Shown one piece after another: positions 53,424-61,333 of a stretch of DNA of 64,000 nucleotides. Position numbers and translations under genes: made by a program. Source of the stretch: an uncultured bacterium (GTDB lineage Bacteria; Patescibacteriota; Minisyncoccia; UBA6257; GWB1-50-10); the NCBI GenBank assembly GCA_963768835.1, contig CAVYJB010000002.1, positions 208,223 to 272,222 on the forward strand, read 5' to 3'. Each line of letters opens with the position of its first letter. Positions within the stretch are counted from its first letter, which is position 1. Under the pieces are notes generated by a model. It was not told where the DNA came from. It saw only the letters and a program-made list of their open reading frames with translations, and ran no database searches.

Positions 53424-55664
53424 ATGCCATTCAAGTCGGTACGGAAGCGAGACGGGAGTATTGTTTCTTTCGATGCGTCGCGGATCACGGCAGCTATCCT
53501 CAAGGCCATGCTCGTCACGAAAGAAGGCGCTGAGGAGGAGGCAAAAAAGATCGCGGAGAAGGTTGTGAAAGAGCTCTCAACGCTGTACCGGTCGGACCAC
53601 ATACTTGGCATTGAGGAAATCCAGGATACCGTGGAGCGGGAACTTATTCTTGCGGATTACGCGGGCACCGCGAAAGCTTACATTCTCTACCGGCAAGAAC
53701 GCTCGCGGCTTCGAGAGCAACGCCGACAGATTCCCGAGCGCGTGAAGCAGCTCGCGGAGGAGAGTAAGCGATATTTTCGAAACGCGCTCGGCGAGTTTGT
53801 CTACTACCGTTCGTACTCGCGCTGGATCGAAGAAGAAGGACGGCGCGAGACCTGGATCGAAACCGTGGACCGCTACATCGCGTTCATGCGCGAGAAGCTT
53901 GGCACGAAACTCACTGACGACGAGTACGCCGAAGCGCGCGTCGCGATCCTCCGACAGGAGACGATGCCCTCAATGCGGCTTCTCTGGAGTGCGGGGGAGG
54001 CAGCACGCAAGACGAATGTCTCGGCTTACAACTGTTCCTTCATCGCGCCGACGAAGCCTCGTGATTTCGCGGAGATTATGTACCTCTCGATGTGCGGTAC
54101 GGGCGTCGGGTTTTCTGTAGAACAGCAGACGGTTCAGATGCTCCCACAGATTTCACGACAAACCGGCGAACGACTGCCGACGCACGTGGTCGGTGACAGC
54201 AAGGAGGGCTGGGCCGACGCGCTTACCCTCGGTCTCACCTCGTGGTTTGAAGGAAAGGATATTGATTTTGATTTCTCGCAGCTTCGTCCGCAAGGTGCGC
54301 GCCTCAAAACGATGGGTGGCAAGAGCTCAGGCCCCGAGCCGCTCCGCGCCGTCCTTGATTTTTCGCGACGCAAGATTCTTGCGAAACAGGGTCGGCGCCT
54401 CACGCCGATTGACGTGCACGATATCGTTTGCAAGGTTGGCGAGGTCGTGGTGATGGGAGGTGTGCGGCGCACTGCGCTCATCTCGCTCTCGGATCTCGAC
54501 GACCCCGAGATGCGTTTCGCGAAGACCGGGCAGTTCTATCTCACAGAGCCCCAGCGCGCCATGGCGAACAACTCCGCGGTCTATCTTGAGAAGCCTCCGG
54601 CGAGCGTCTTCCTCGACGAGTGGATCGCACTCGCGAAGAGTGGGACGGGGGAACGGGGCATCTTCAACCGCGGAGGTCTCCGCACGCAGATACCCGCGCG
54701 CCGCTGGGATCTTATCAAAGACCGCGCTGCCACGACTGGGACGAATCCGTGCGGAGAGATCAACCTGCTTTCAAAGGAGTTCTGCAACCTCACGGAGGTG
54801 GTGGCGCGCGCCGAGGATACTGAGGAGGATTTGATGAAGAAAATGCGGGTTGCGACCATCCTAGGGACCTACCAATCCACCCTCACTCAGTTCCCATATC
54901 TTTCGAAGGAATGGACGGAAAACTGTGAACAGGAGCGGCTTCTCGGGGTTTCCATCACCGGCCAGTGGGATTGCCCTGCGCTCCGTGACCCTGGGGTGCT
55001 CCGCCGGCTGCGTGACCACGCGCTTGAGGTGAATCGCACATATGCGAAGCGCTTTGGTATCAATGCGTCAGCAGCTATTACGTGCGTGAAACCATCCGGA
55101 ACTGTCTCGCAGCTTGTCGATGCCGCCTCTGGTCTCCACCCGCGGCACGCTCCGTACTACATCCGCCGTATCCGTGTCGCGGCGTCGGACGGTCTCTTCC
55201 AGATGTTGCGTGACCAGAAGGTGCCATACTACCCCGAGGTGGGACAGTACGTGGGGAACGCCTCGACCTATGTTTTCGAGTTCCCTGTGAAAGCGCCGGA
55301 AGGTTCCACGTTTAAGAACGACATCTCCGCAATCGAGCAGCTTGAGTGGTGGCGGATGGTGAAGGAAAACTACACCGAGCATAACCCGTCGGTGACCATC
55401 TCAGTGGGGGAGAATGAATGGATCGAGGTCGCAAATTGGCTCTACCATCACTGGGATATTCTGGGCGGCCTCTCCTTCCTTCCGCGCGAAGACCATGTCT
55501 ATGCACTAGCCCCCTATGAAGAGATTACTGAGGAGCGTTATCGCGAGATGGTCGCGAGTCTCCCGGACGTGGACTTCTCTCAGATCCTTCTCTACGAAAA
55601 GATGGACGAGACGCAAGGTGCGAAGGAGCTCGCCTGCGTGGGCGGGGTCTGCGAGATACAGTAG
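53424..55664 (+). CDS. Ribonucleotide reductase with N-terminal ATP-cone, probably class II (adenosylcobalamin-dependent, NrdJ-like)
   Basis: ATP-cone N-terminus 'VRKRDGSIVSFDASRITAAILKAM'. Catalytic region 'NPCGEINLLSKEFCNLTEV' has the thiyl-radical Cys loop. No separate small-subunit gene is adjacent, and the length of about 750 aa fits monomeric class II. Start taken at the Met of MPFKS (53424) rather than the longer track ORF. Confidence 0.65.
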   Translation: MPFKSVRKRDGSIVSFDASRITAAILKAMLVTKEGAEEEAKKIAEKVVKELSTLYRSDHILGIEEIQDTVERELILADYAGTAKAYILYRQERSRLREQRRQIPERVKQLAEESKRYFRNALGEFVYYRSYSRWIEEEGRRETWIETVDRYIAFMREKLGTKLTDDEYAEARVAILRQETMPSMRLLWSAGEAARKTNVSAYNCSFIAPTKPRDFAEIMYLSMCGTGVGFSVEQQTVQMLPQISRQTGERLPTHVVGDSKEGWADALTLGLTSWFEGKDIDFDFSQLRPQGARLKTMGGKSSGPEPLRAVLDFSRRKILAKQGRRLTPIDVHDIVCKVGEVVVMGGVRRTALISLSDLDDPEMRFAKTGQFYLTEPQRAMANNSAVYLEKPPASVFLDEWIALAKSGTGERGIFNRGGLRTQIPARRWDLIKDRAATTGTNPCGEINLLSKEFCNLTEVVARAEDTEEDLMKKMRVATILGTYQSTLTQFPYLSKEWTENCEQERLLGVSITGQWDCPALRDPGVLRRLRDHALEVNRTYAKRFGINASAAITCVKPSGTVSQLVDAASGLHPRHAPYYIRRIRVAASDGLFQMLRDQKVPYYPEVGQYVGNASTYVFEFPVKAPEGSTFKNDISAIEQLEWWRMVKENYTEHNPSVTISVGENEWIEVANWLYHHWDILGGLSFLPREDHVYALAPYEEITEERYREMVASLPDVDFSQILLYEKMDETQGAKELACVGGVCEIQ

Positions 55665-55704
55665 CGACTAGGAGAGAACGACTCCCGATAAAATAAGGAC
55701 AAGA

Positions 55705-55730
55705 AAGCCCGTCGCGAGACGGGCCTTTCG
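55705..55730. terminator. Bidirectional hairpin terminator between the RNR gene (+) and tRNA-Lys (-)
   Basis: gcccgtc-gcga-gacgggc hairpin, flanked by a short T tract on the + strand (ctttcg) and, on the - strand, by gctttctt. Confidence 0.5.
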
Positions 55731-55739
55731 TTAACGTTG

Positions 55740-55812
55740 TCCCCCCACTAGGAATCGAACCTAGAACCTTCTCCTTAAAAGGGAGCTGCTCTACCAATTG
55801 AGCTATGGGGGG
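55740..55812 (-). tRNA. tRNA-Lys (anticodon UUU)
   Basis: The reverse complement folds as a canonical 73-nt cloverleaf. D-arm TAGCTCAATTGGTAGAGC. Anticodon loop CTTTTAA with a GCTCC/GGAGA stem. Variable loop AGGTT. T-arm CTAGG-TTCGATT-CCTAG. Acceptor CCCCCCA/TGGGGGG with discriminator A. CCA is not encoded. It resembles E. coli tRNA-Lys except for the C1:G72 acceptor. Confidence 0.7.
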
Positions 55813-55935
55813 TTCGGGGGCAGTTAGATTCTAAGAGGGTTCGAGCCTTTAGGCAACCCGGTCGAGACGCGATGAATTCTCGAAGAGTGTATAATATACC
55901 CAGTCAATCAAAAGGTCTCCTTTTTTAACCCAACC

Positions 55936-58900
55936 ATGAAGAAGTTTTCCATTCTCCTGTTCGTGTGCGCGGTAGTCGTCGGTTCGGTAGGAGCGGCAAC
56001 GGTTCTGCCGCCGGTCGAGGTACATGCGGCGTCCCAGTGGTACGTATCCCCGAACGGAAGTTCGGGAGGCAGCGGCTCGCAGTCGAGTCCGTGGGATCTC
56101 CAGACGGCGCTGAACGGCGGTCCGTCCGGACAAGTGCAGCCCGGCGACACCGTCTGGCTCTTGGGTGGGACGTACAACGGCACGTACACCGTGAACATCT
56201 CGGGAAGCTCCGGCAACTACATCACCATCCGTAACTGGAACGGCCAGCGAGCGACCATCAACCAGAACATGTGGAACAACCAGAGCGCCATCCTCAGCGT
56301 GAACGGGTCGTACCTGCAGATTTGGGGGCTCGAGATTGAGAGCACCGCTCCAACCAATAATCCTTGGATGAGTGACGGCATCGGTTTCTCGCCCAACGTG
56401 ACCGAGACCGACGACCGCATCATCAACTGCGTCGTTCACGATGCCGGGGGCATCGGCATCTCGAACCTCAACGGAGTCGAGCGCACGGAAGTGAACGGCA
56501 CGCTCATGTACTACAACGGGCGCAGCCCCATCAGCGACCAAAACGGGAACGGGGCGTACGGGACGTATACGCAGAACGTCGGCTCGAACGGGCAGAAACT
56601 CTATCAGGATAACTTCGTCTTCTCGAACTGGTACTACGGAGCCCATGTCTACACACAGGATTCGAGCATCGACAACTTCAAATTCGACGGGAACACGATG
56701 TTCAACAACGCGTGGTTTCGGAGCTGGCGCGGGGGGCAACAGACAATAACTCCCGGCACCTACGACGCCAACTTCATTCTGGGCGGCGTGACGGCACATA
56801 ACCTCGTTTTCACGAACAACTATATGTATTTCCCCGGAGCATCCACTGTATCCATCCCTACCGATGATGTTGGGCGGGAGACCATTGGGTTCAACGGCAC
56901 CGTGCCGCCGTCTCCGGACATTGAAGGCAACTATTTTATCCGCGGGAAGATCAACGTCAGCATGTCGACTCCCGTATTCAAGAACAATCACTTCTACGAT
57001 AATGTCTCTTTTGGTGATGCGGGGGGGACGCTCGCGAGTGGCTACGACACAGCGGACGGGAACACCTACAGCACTCCGCCGAATACGGTTATCGTCCGGA
57101 AGAATAAGTACGAGACAGGGCGGGCGAACATCATTGCCTACAACTTCAATCTGAGCCCGACAGTCACGGCGGATGTCTCGAGCGTGCTCCAACCCGGCGA
57201 TAGCTATGTTGTAAAGGATGTGCAGGACTTCTATGGAACGACGGTCGCGGCAGGTACTTACACCGGCGGCTCGATTACGATTCCGATGGACCCGGCGCAC
57301 CACACTATTTCGACCGCTGTGGACCAGCCTATTGCACCAGTCCAATCCGCCCCCGAGTTCGCGGCGATGGTGCTCATGCGAACCTCCGGCGGCGGGGGAG
57401 GTAGCACTCCCTCCCTTTCTATTTCCCCCTCTTCTCTCTCCTTCTCTGCCCAACAAAACGGCTCAACACCGGCAGCTCAATCGGTTTCCCTCTCGAACAC
57501 GGGTGGAGGTACGCTCCCTTCGTGGGGCGCCTCAGGAAATCAGTCTTGGCTTTCTGTAAGTCCCTCCTCGGGTTCGGGGAATGGGAGCATTTCCGTTTCC
57601 GCGAACCCCTCAAGCCTCGCTGCGGGGACGTACGCCGGTACCGTGACCGTTACCGCGTCAGGCGCCTCGGGGAGTCCTCAGAATATCTCAGTCTCTTTCA
57701 CTATCTCGGGTGGCGGAGGTGACACCACTTCGCCCACTGTCTCCCTCACGGCTCCCGCGGCGAACGCGACCCTCACCGGCACCGCAACTCTCTCTGCGTC
57801 CGCCGCCGACAATGTGGGAGTCACGAAAGTGGAGTTTTATGTGGACGGTTCTCTTCTCTCGACCGACACCTCTTCCCCGTACGCCGCGTCCTGGAACACG
57901 GCCAATGTTTCGAACGGCTCTCACGCTCTCCAAGCTAAAGCGTATGACGCGGCAGGGAACGTGGGCACCTCGGCAGCGGTTGGCGTTACCGTCTCCAACG
58001 TCACGACCGATACCACCGCCCCCACCATCACCCCGACCGCGCCTGCCGTGGGAGCGACCCTCTCTGGAGTCGCGACCCTCTCCGCCACGGCCTCCGACCC
58101 CGATGATGCGGTCTCCTCCCTCTCCTTCTATGTGGACGGCTCCCTCCTCTCGACCGACACCACGAGTCCCTATACCGCCTCCTGGGATACCACCAGTGTT
58201 TCGAACGGTTCTCACACCATCTCCGAGAAAGCCTGTGACACCCACAGCAACTGTGCGACGACGCAGGGCTATACGGTCACAGTTTCGAATGGCGGAGGAG
58301 GTGGCGGTGGTGGAAGCGGCGTCTTCTCCCTCGGCGATACGGTCCGCGTGGTTCTCACGACAGATTGTGTGAACGCCCGCGACAGCGCCTCCCTCTCTTC
58401 GAACATCTACAAATGTGAGGTGGCGGGTACCCAAGGCACGGTCCTCGCGGGTCCCACTCCCGATTCTGCCTCCGGCTACACCTTCTGGAAGATCGCGTAT
58501 ACCGATGGCGTGACGGGATGGTCGGCCGACAAGTACCTTGAGAAAGTGAGTGGTGGCGGAGGCGGAGGAGGTGGCGGTGGTGGAAGCGGCGTCTTCTCCC
58601 TCGGCGATACGGTCCGCGTGGTTCTCACGACAGATTGTGTGAACGCCCGCGACAGCGCCTCCCTCTCTTCGAACATCTACAAATGTGAGGTGGCGGGTAC
58701 CCAAGGCACGGTCCTCGCGGGTCCCACTCCCGATTCTGCCTCCGGCTACACCTTCTGGAAGATCGCGTATACCGATGGCGTGACGGGATGGTCGGCCGAC
58801 AAGTACCTTGAGAAAGTGAGTGGGAGCAGTGCTCTTCCTGTCCTTTCAGCCTCTCCCTCCTCCCTCTCATTCTCCGCTTCGCAGGGCGGCAACGCTCCCG

Positions 58901-61176
58901 CTCCGCAATCGATCGGTGTCTCCAACGCAGGTGGCGGCACGCTCTCCTGGAGCGCGACCGGCAACGCCACCTGGTTCTCCGTTGCTCCCTCCTCGGGCAC
59001 GAACGGAGGCTCTATTGCGGTGAGCATGAGCCCCGCGGGTCTCGCCGCAGGCACGTACACGGGCGCCGTCACCGTCGCGGGCGCGGGCTCGGCGGGGAAC
59101 AAGTCCATCCCAGTCTCCCTTGTTGTTGTGGGGGGCAACTGCAATCCTAATGCCAACCCTGGCGCCACTATCCCTCCCCCTTCTGGTTCTTCCCCCTCCC
59201 TCTCCGTCTACCAGGACTCGGTCCTTCCCCCCTGGCAGAAAGCCTCCTTCCGTGGCGTCTACACGTACAATTCCACGGCGCAGGTCCACTCCGGTTCCGC
59301 CTCCATCAAGGCAGTCTCCCAGCCCACAGGCTCCGTGAGCCTCCAGTCCTGGACCTCTCCTCAATCGATCTCCGGCTACACCACCTTCCAGTTCTGGGTG
59401 TACCCCACGACCCCTATCACGCTTCACACCACCCTCCAGGGTCCCTCCGGTGTCTACGGAGCCCCCGCCTCTGGCACGCTCCCCGCGAACCAGTGGAGTC
59501 AAATCACGATTCCTCTCGCGAACTACAAGCTCCCTGCAGGCTTCCAGCTCACCCGCATCTATATCGGGGGCATCGGCACCGCCACCACCTGGTATCTCGA
59601 TGACGTGGGGTTTGGGGGTGGGGGAGGAACCCCGGCCGCCAACACCTCCGGCGCTTCCAACCCTTCTTCCTGTGATACCACTCCGCCCACCGTCTCCCTC
59701 ACGGCTCCCGCGACAAACGCGACTGTCTCTGGCACCGTCTCTCTTACTGCCTCCGCCTCTGACAATGTGGGCGTCACCTCCGTCTCCTTCTATGTGGACG
59801 GCTCTCTCCTCTCGACCGACACCTCCTCCCCCTATATAGTATCCTGGGATACCACTAGTGCCTCGAACGGCTCCCACACGCTCACCGCCAAGGCTTATGA
59901 CGCGGCCAACAATGTGGGCACTTCGGCGTCCGTTACCATCACGGTTTCGAATGCTGTGGTGGCACCACCAAGCTCTCCCGTGTCCTCCTACGGTCCCGGT
60001 ATCGGTGCCGACTCCCTGAACAACCACCAAATCTCGAGCATTGACGTCGATTACCGCTTCCGTGCCGCAGTAACCGGCGCCGTGAAAAATATCATTTGGT
60101 ACGACATCTTCACGCCGGGCACTAGCGATTCGGGATATAGCAACGGAACGGGCGGGAGCGTCAGAATCTGCTTGCAGACCGATGATGGCACTGCCAGCCA
60201 CTTGGCGTCCGGCACCAACCTTGCTTGCGTCGATGACCTCGCGCCTAAGACCGGCTTCTTCCCGGTTGAAACCTTTTCCACGCCGCCGACCCTGACGGCG
60301 GGGCAGCTCTACCACATCCACTGGCACAATTTGGACCCGTCGCCCGACGCCAACCACGTCTCGGTGGATGGTATATTCGTCTGGGATGCCACGACGCCGC
60401 GACAACCGACCTACTCTGACACCGATCTCGCGGTTTTCCGCGGCACAACACTCCAACCTCGCGATACGCCCATCTTTCAAGCGACCTACACCAATGGCAC
60501 CGTGCAGGGCGTTGGCTACATGGAGTTCTGGGTGGCCACTGCGCCTGCGGTGTCCGGTGCGAACCAAGTACGCGAGCAATTCACCGTGACCGGCGGTGAC
60601 AAGGTCGTGTCGAGCCTTTCGCTCCGCATGATGCGGGACAGCACAAGCGCCGGCACGAGCCCGCTCACGGTCACGCTCGAAACCGTAGCGGGGACCATCA
60701 TCGAACGTGGCACCATTCCTGCCGTCACTTTCCCCCTCGGAACAACCAATGACACAGCAAGCAACCACAACGCGTGGGGGACCCTCACGTTCTCGACTCC
60801 GCATACGCTGACTTCCGGTCAAACTTATCAGTTCGTTCTCTCGGCTCCGGCGGACACCACATATCGGGTGCAGCCGATGGAACGCGGGAATAACTACAGC
60901 TTCATTGCGCCGACGTTCTTCGGGGACGGCTTCGGGCAATTCTCGGCCGATGGCGGCACCACCTGGTCGGGTTTCAACCAGCCCGGCGGCCGCACGAACA
61001 ACAACAACGCCGATGTGCAGTTCTATTTCAGTCTTGGGACGGTTGTTGCGGCTTGGTACAAACCGACGGCGACATCTCCGGCGATCGGCAAGGCAACCTC
61101 GCTGTCTCAGGTAACGGATGATTATTTCGGCAGCACGAGGGGAGCACCGCCCGATATGGGAGCAGTGAACCACTAA
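55936..61176 (+). CDS. Giant secreted multidomain surface protein: signal peptide, right-handed beta-helix (pectate-lyase-like) region, BACON-like domains, Ig-like (Big) repeats, two tandem SH3b-like modules with poly-Gly linkers, and a C-terminal beta-rich region
   Basis: Signal peptide 'MKKFSILLFVCAVVVGSVGAATV'. Asn/Gly-rich repeats periodic in 'NG..Y' suggest a beta-helix. 'PSLSISPSSLSFSA...GTYAGTVTVTASG' is BACON-like. 'TSPTVSLTAPAANATLTGTATLSASAADNVGVTKVEFYVDGSLLSTDTSSPY' are Ig-like repeats (4 or more). 'GDTVRVVLTTDCVNAR...GYTFWKIAYTDGVTGWSADKYLEKV' is SH3b-like. The long antisense ORFs here are GC artefacts. Confidence 0.7.
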   Translation: MKKFSILLFVCAVVVGSVGAATVLPPVEVHAASQWYVSPNGSSGGSGSQSSPWDLQTALNGGPSGQVQPGDTVWLLGGTYNGTYTVNISGSSGNYITIRNWNGQRATINQNMWNNQSAILSVNGSYLQIWGLEIESTAPTNNPWMSDGIGFSPNVTETDDRIINCVVHDAGGIGISNLNGVERTEVNGTLMYYNGRSPISDQNGNGAYGTYTQNVGSNGQKLYQDNFVFSNWYYGAHVYTQDSSIDNFKFDGNTMFNNAWFRSWRGGQQTITPGTYDANFILGGVTAHNLVFTNNYMYFPGASTVSIPTDDVGRETIGFNGTVPPSPDIEGNYFIRGKINVSMSTPVFKNNHFYDNVSFGDAGGTLASGYDTADGNTYSTPPNTVIVRKNKYETGRANIIAYNFNLSPTVTADVSSVLQPGDSYVVKDVQDFYGTTVAAGTYTGGSITIPMDPAHHTISTAVDQPIAPVQSAPEFAAMVLMRTSGGGGGSTPSLSISPSSLSFSAQQNGSTPAAQSVSLSNTGGGTLPSWGASGNQSWLSVSPSSGSGNGSISVSANPSSLAAGTYAGTVTVTASGASGSPQNISVSFTISGGGGDTTSPTVSLTAPAANATLTGTATLSASAADNVGVTKVEFYVDGSLLSTDTSSPYAASWNTANVSNGSHALQAKAYDAAGNVGTSAAVGVTVSNVTTDTTAPTITPTAPAVGATLSGVATLSATASDPDDAVSSLSFYVDGSLLSTDTTSPYTASWDTTSVSNGSHTISEKACDTHSNCATTQGYTVTVSNGGGGGGGGSGVFSLGDTVRVVLTTDCVNARDSASLSSNIYKCEVAGTQGTVLAGPTPDSASGYTFWKIAYTDGVTGWSADKYLEKVSGGGGGGGGGGGSGVFSLGDTVRVVLTTDCVNARDSASLSSNIYKCEVAGTQGTVLAGPTPDSASGYTFWKIAYTDGVTGWSADKYLEKVSGSSALPVLSASPSSLSFSASQGGNAPAPQSIGVSNAGGGTLSWSATGNATWFSVAPSSGTNGGSIAVSMSPAGLAAGTYTGAVTVAGAGSAGNKSIPVSLVVVGGNCNPNANPGATIPPPSGSSPSLSVYQDSVLPPWQKASFRGVYTYNSTAQVHSGSASIKAVSQPTGSVSLQSWTSPQSISGYTTFQFWVYPTTPITLHTTLQGPSGVYGAPASGTLPANQWSQITIPLANYKLPAGFQLTRIYIGGIGTATTWYLDDVGFGGGGGTPAANTSGASNPSSCDTTPPTVSLTAPATNATVSGTVSLTASASDNVGVTSVSFYVDGSLLSTDTSSPYIVSWDTTSASNGSHTLTAKAYDAANNVGTSASVTITVSNAVVAPPSSPVSSYGPGIGADSLNNHQISSIDVDYRFRAAVTGAVKNIIWYDIFTPGTSDSGYSNGTGGSVRICLQTDDGTASHLASGTNLACVDDLAPKTGFFPVETFSTPPTLTAGQLYHIHWHNLDPSPDANHVSVDGIFVWDATTPRQPTYSDTDLAVFRGTTLQPRDTPIFQATYTNGTVQGVGYMEFWVATAPAVSGANQVREQFTVTGGDKVVSSLSLRMMRDSTSAGTSPLTVTLETVAGTIIERGTIPAVTFPLGTTNDTASNHNAWGTLTFSTPHTLTSGQTYQFVLSAPADTTYRVQPMERGNNYSFIAPTFFGDGFGQFSADGGTTWSGFNQPGGRTNNNNADVQFYFSLGTVVAAWYKPTATSPAIGKATSLSQVTDDYFGSTRGAPPDMGAVNH
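58291..58823 (+). repeat. Perfect tandem direct duplication (2 x about 263 bp, 270-bp register) inside the giant protein gene, encoding an SH3b-like module plus poly-Gly linker
   Basis: 58291-58553 and 58561-58823 are identical base for base by visual alignment (ggcggaggaggtggcggtggtggaagcggcgtcttctccc ... aagtaccttgagaaagtgagtgg). The copies are separated by 7 bp of Gly-codon run. Confidence 0.9.
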
Positions 61177-61215
61177 TTACTCGACAGGAGTAAGTTCAGC
61201 TCGGTTTATACCCGC

Positions 61216-61250
61216 AAGTCCGCCCTTCGAGGGCGGACTTTCTGTTATTT
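61216..61250 (+). terminator. Rho-independent terminator after the giant protein gene
   Basis: aagtccgccc / gggcggactt hairpin with ttcga loop, then tctgttattt. It is followed by TTGTCA ... TGGTATAAT promoter-like elements upstream of the next gene. Confidence 0.55.
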
Positions 61251-61333
61251 GTCACCCGTGCATTCTGGTATAATAGAGCTAATAAACGGCGCCAGTCGGC
61301 GCTAAAGTCGAAGACATACAAAAGCAAATTCTT

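Noticed and set aside
55849-61173. Long minus-strand ORFs (535 aa, 338 aa, 768 aa) antisense to the 1746-aa giant protein gene
   Set aside because: These are antisense frame artefacts of a GC-rich, repeat-rich gene, with Arg/Gly-rich low-complexity translations. The + strand product has a signal peptide and recognisable domains.
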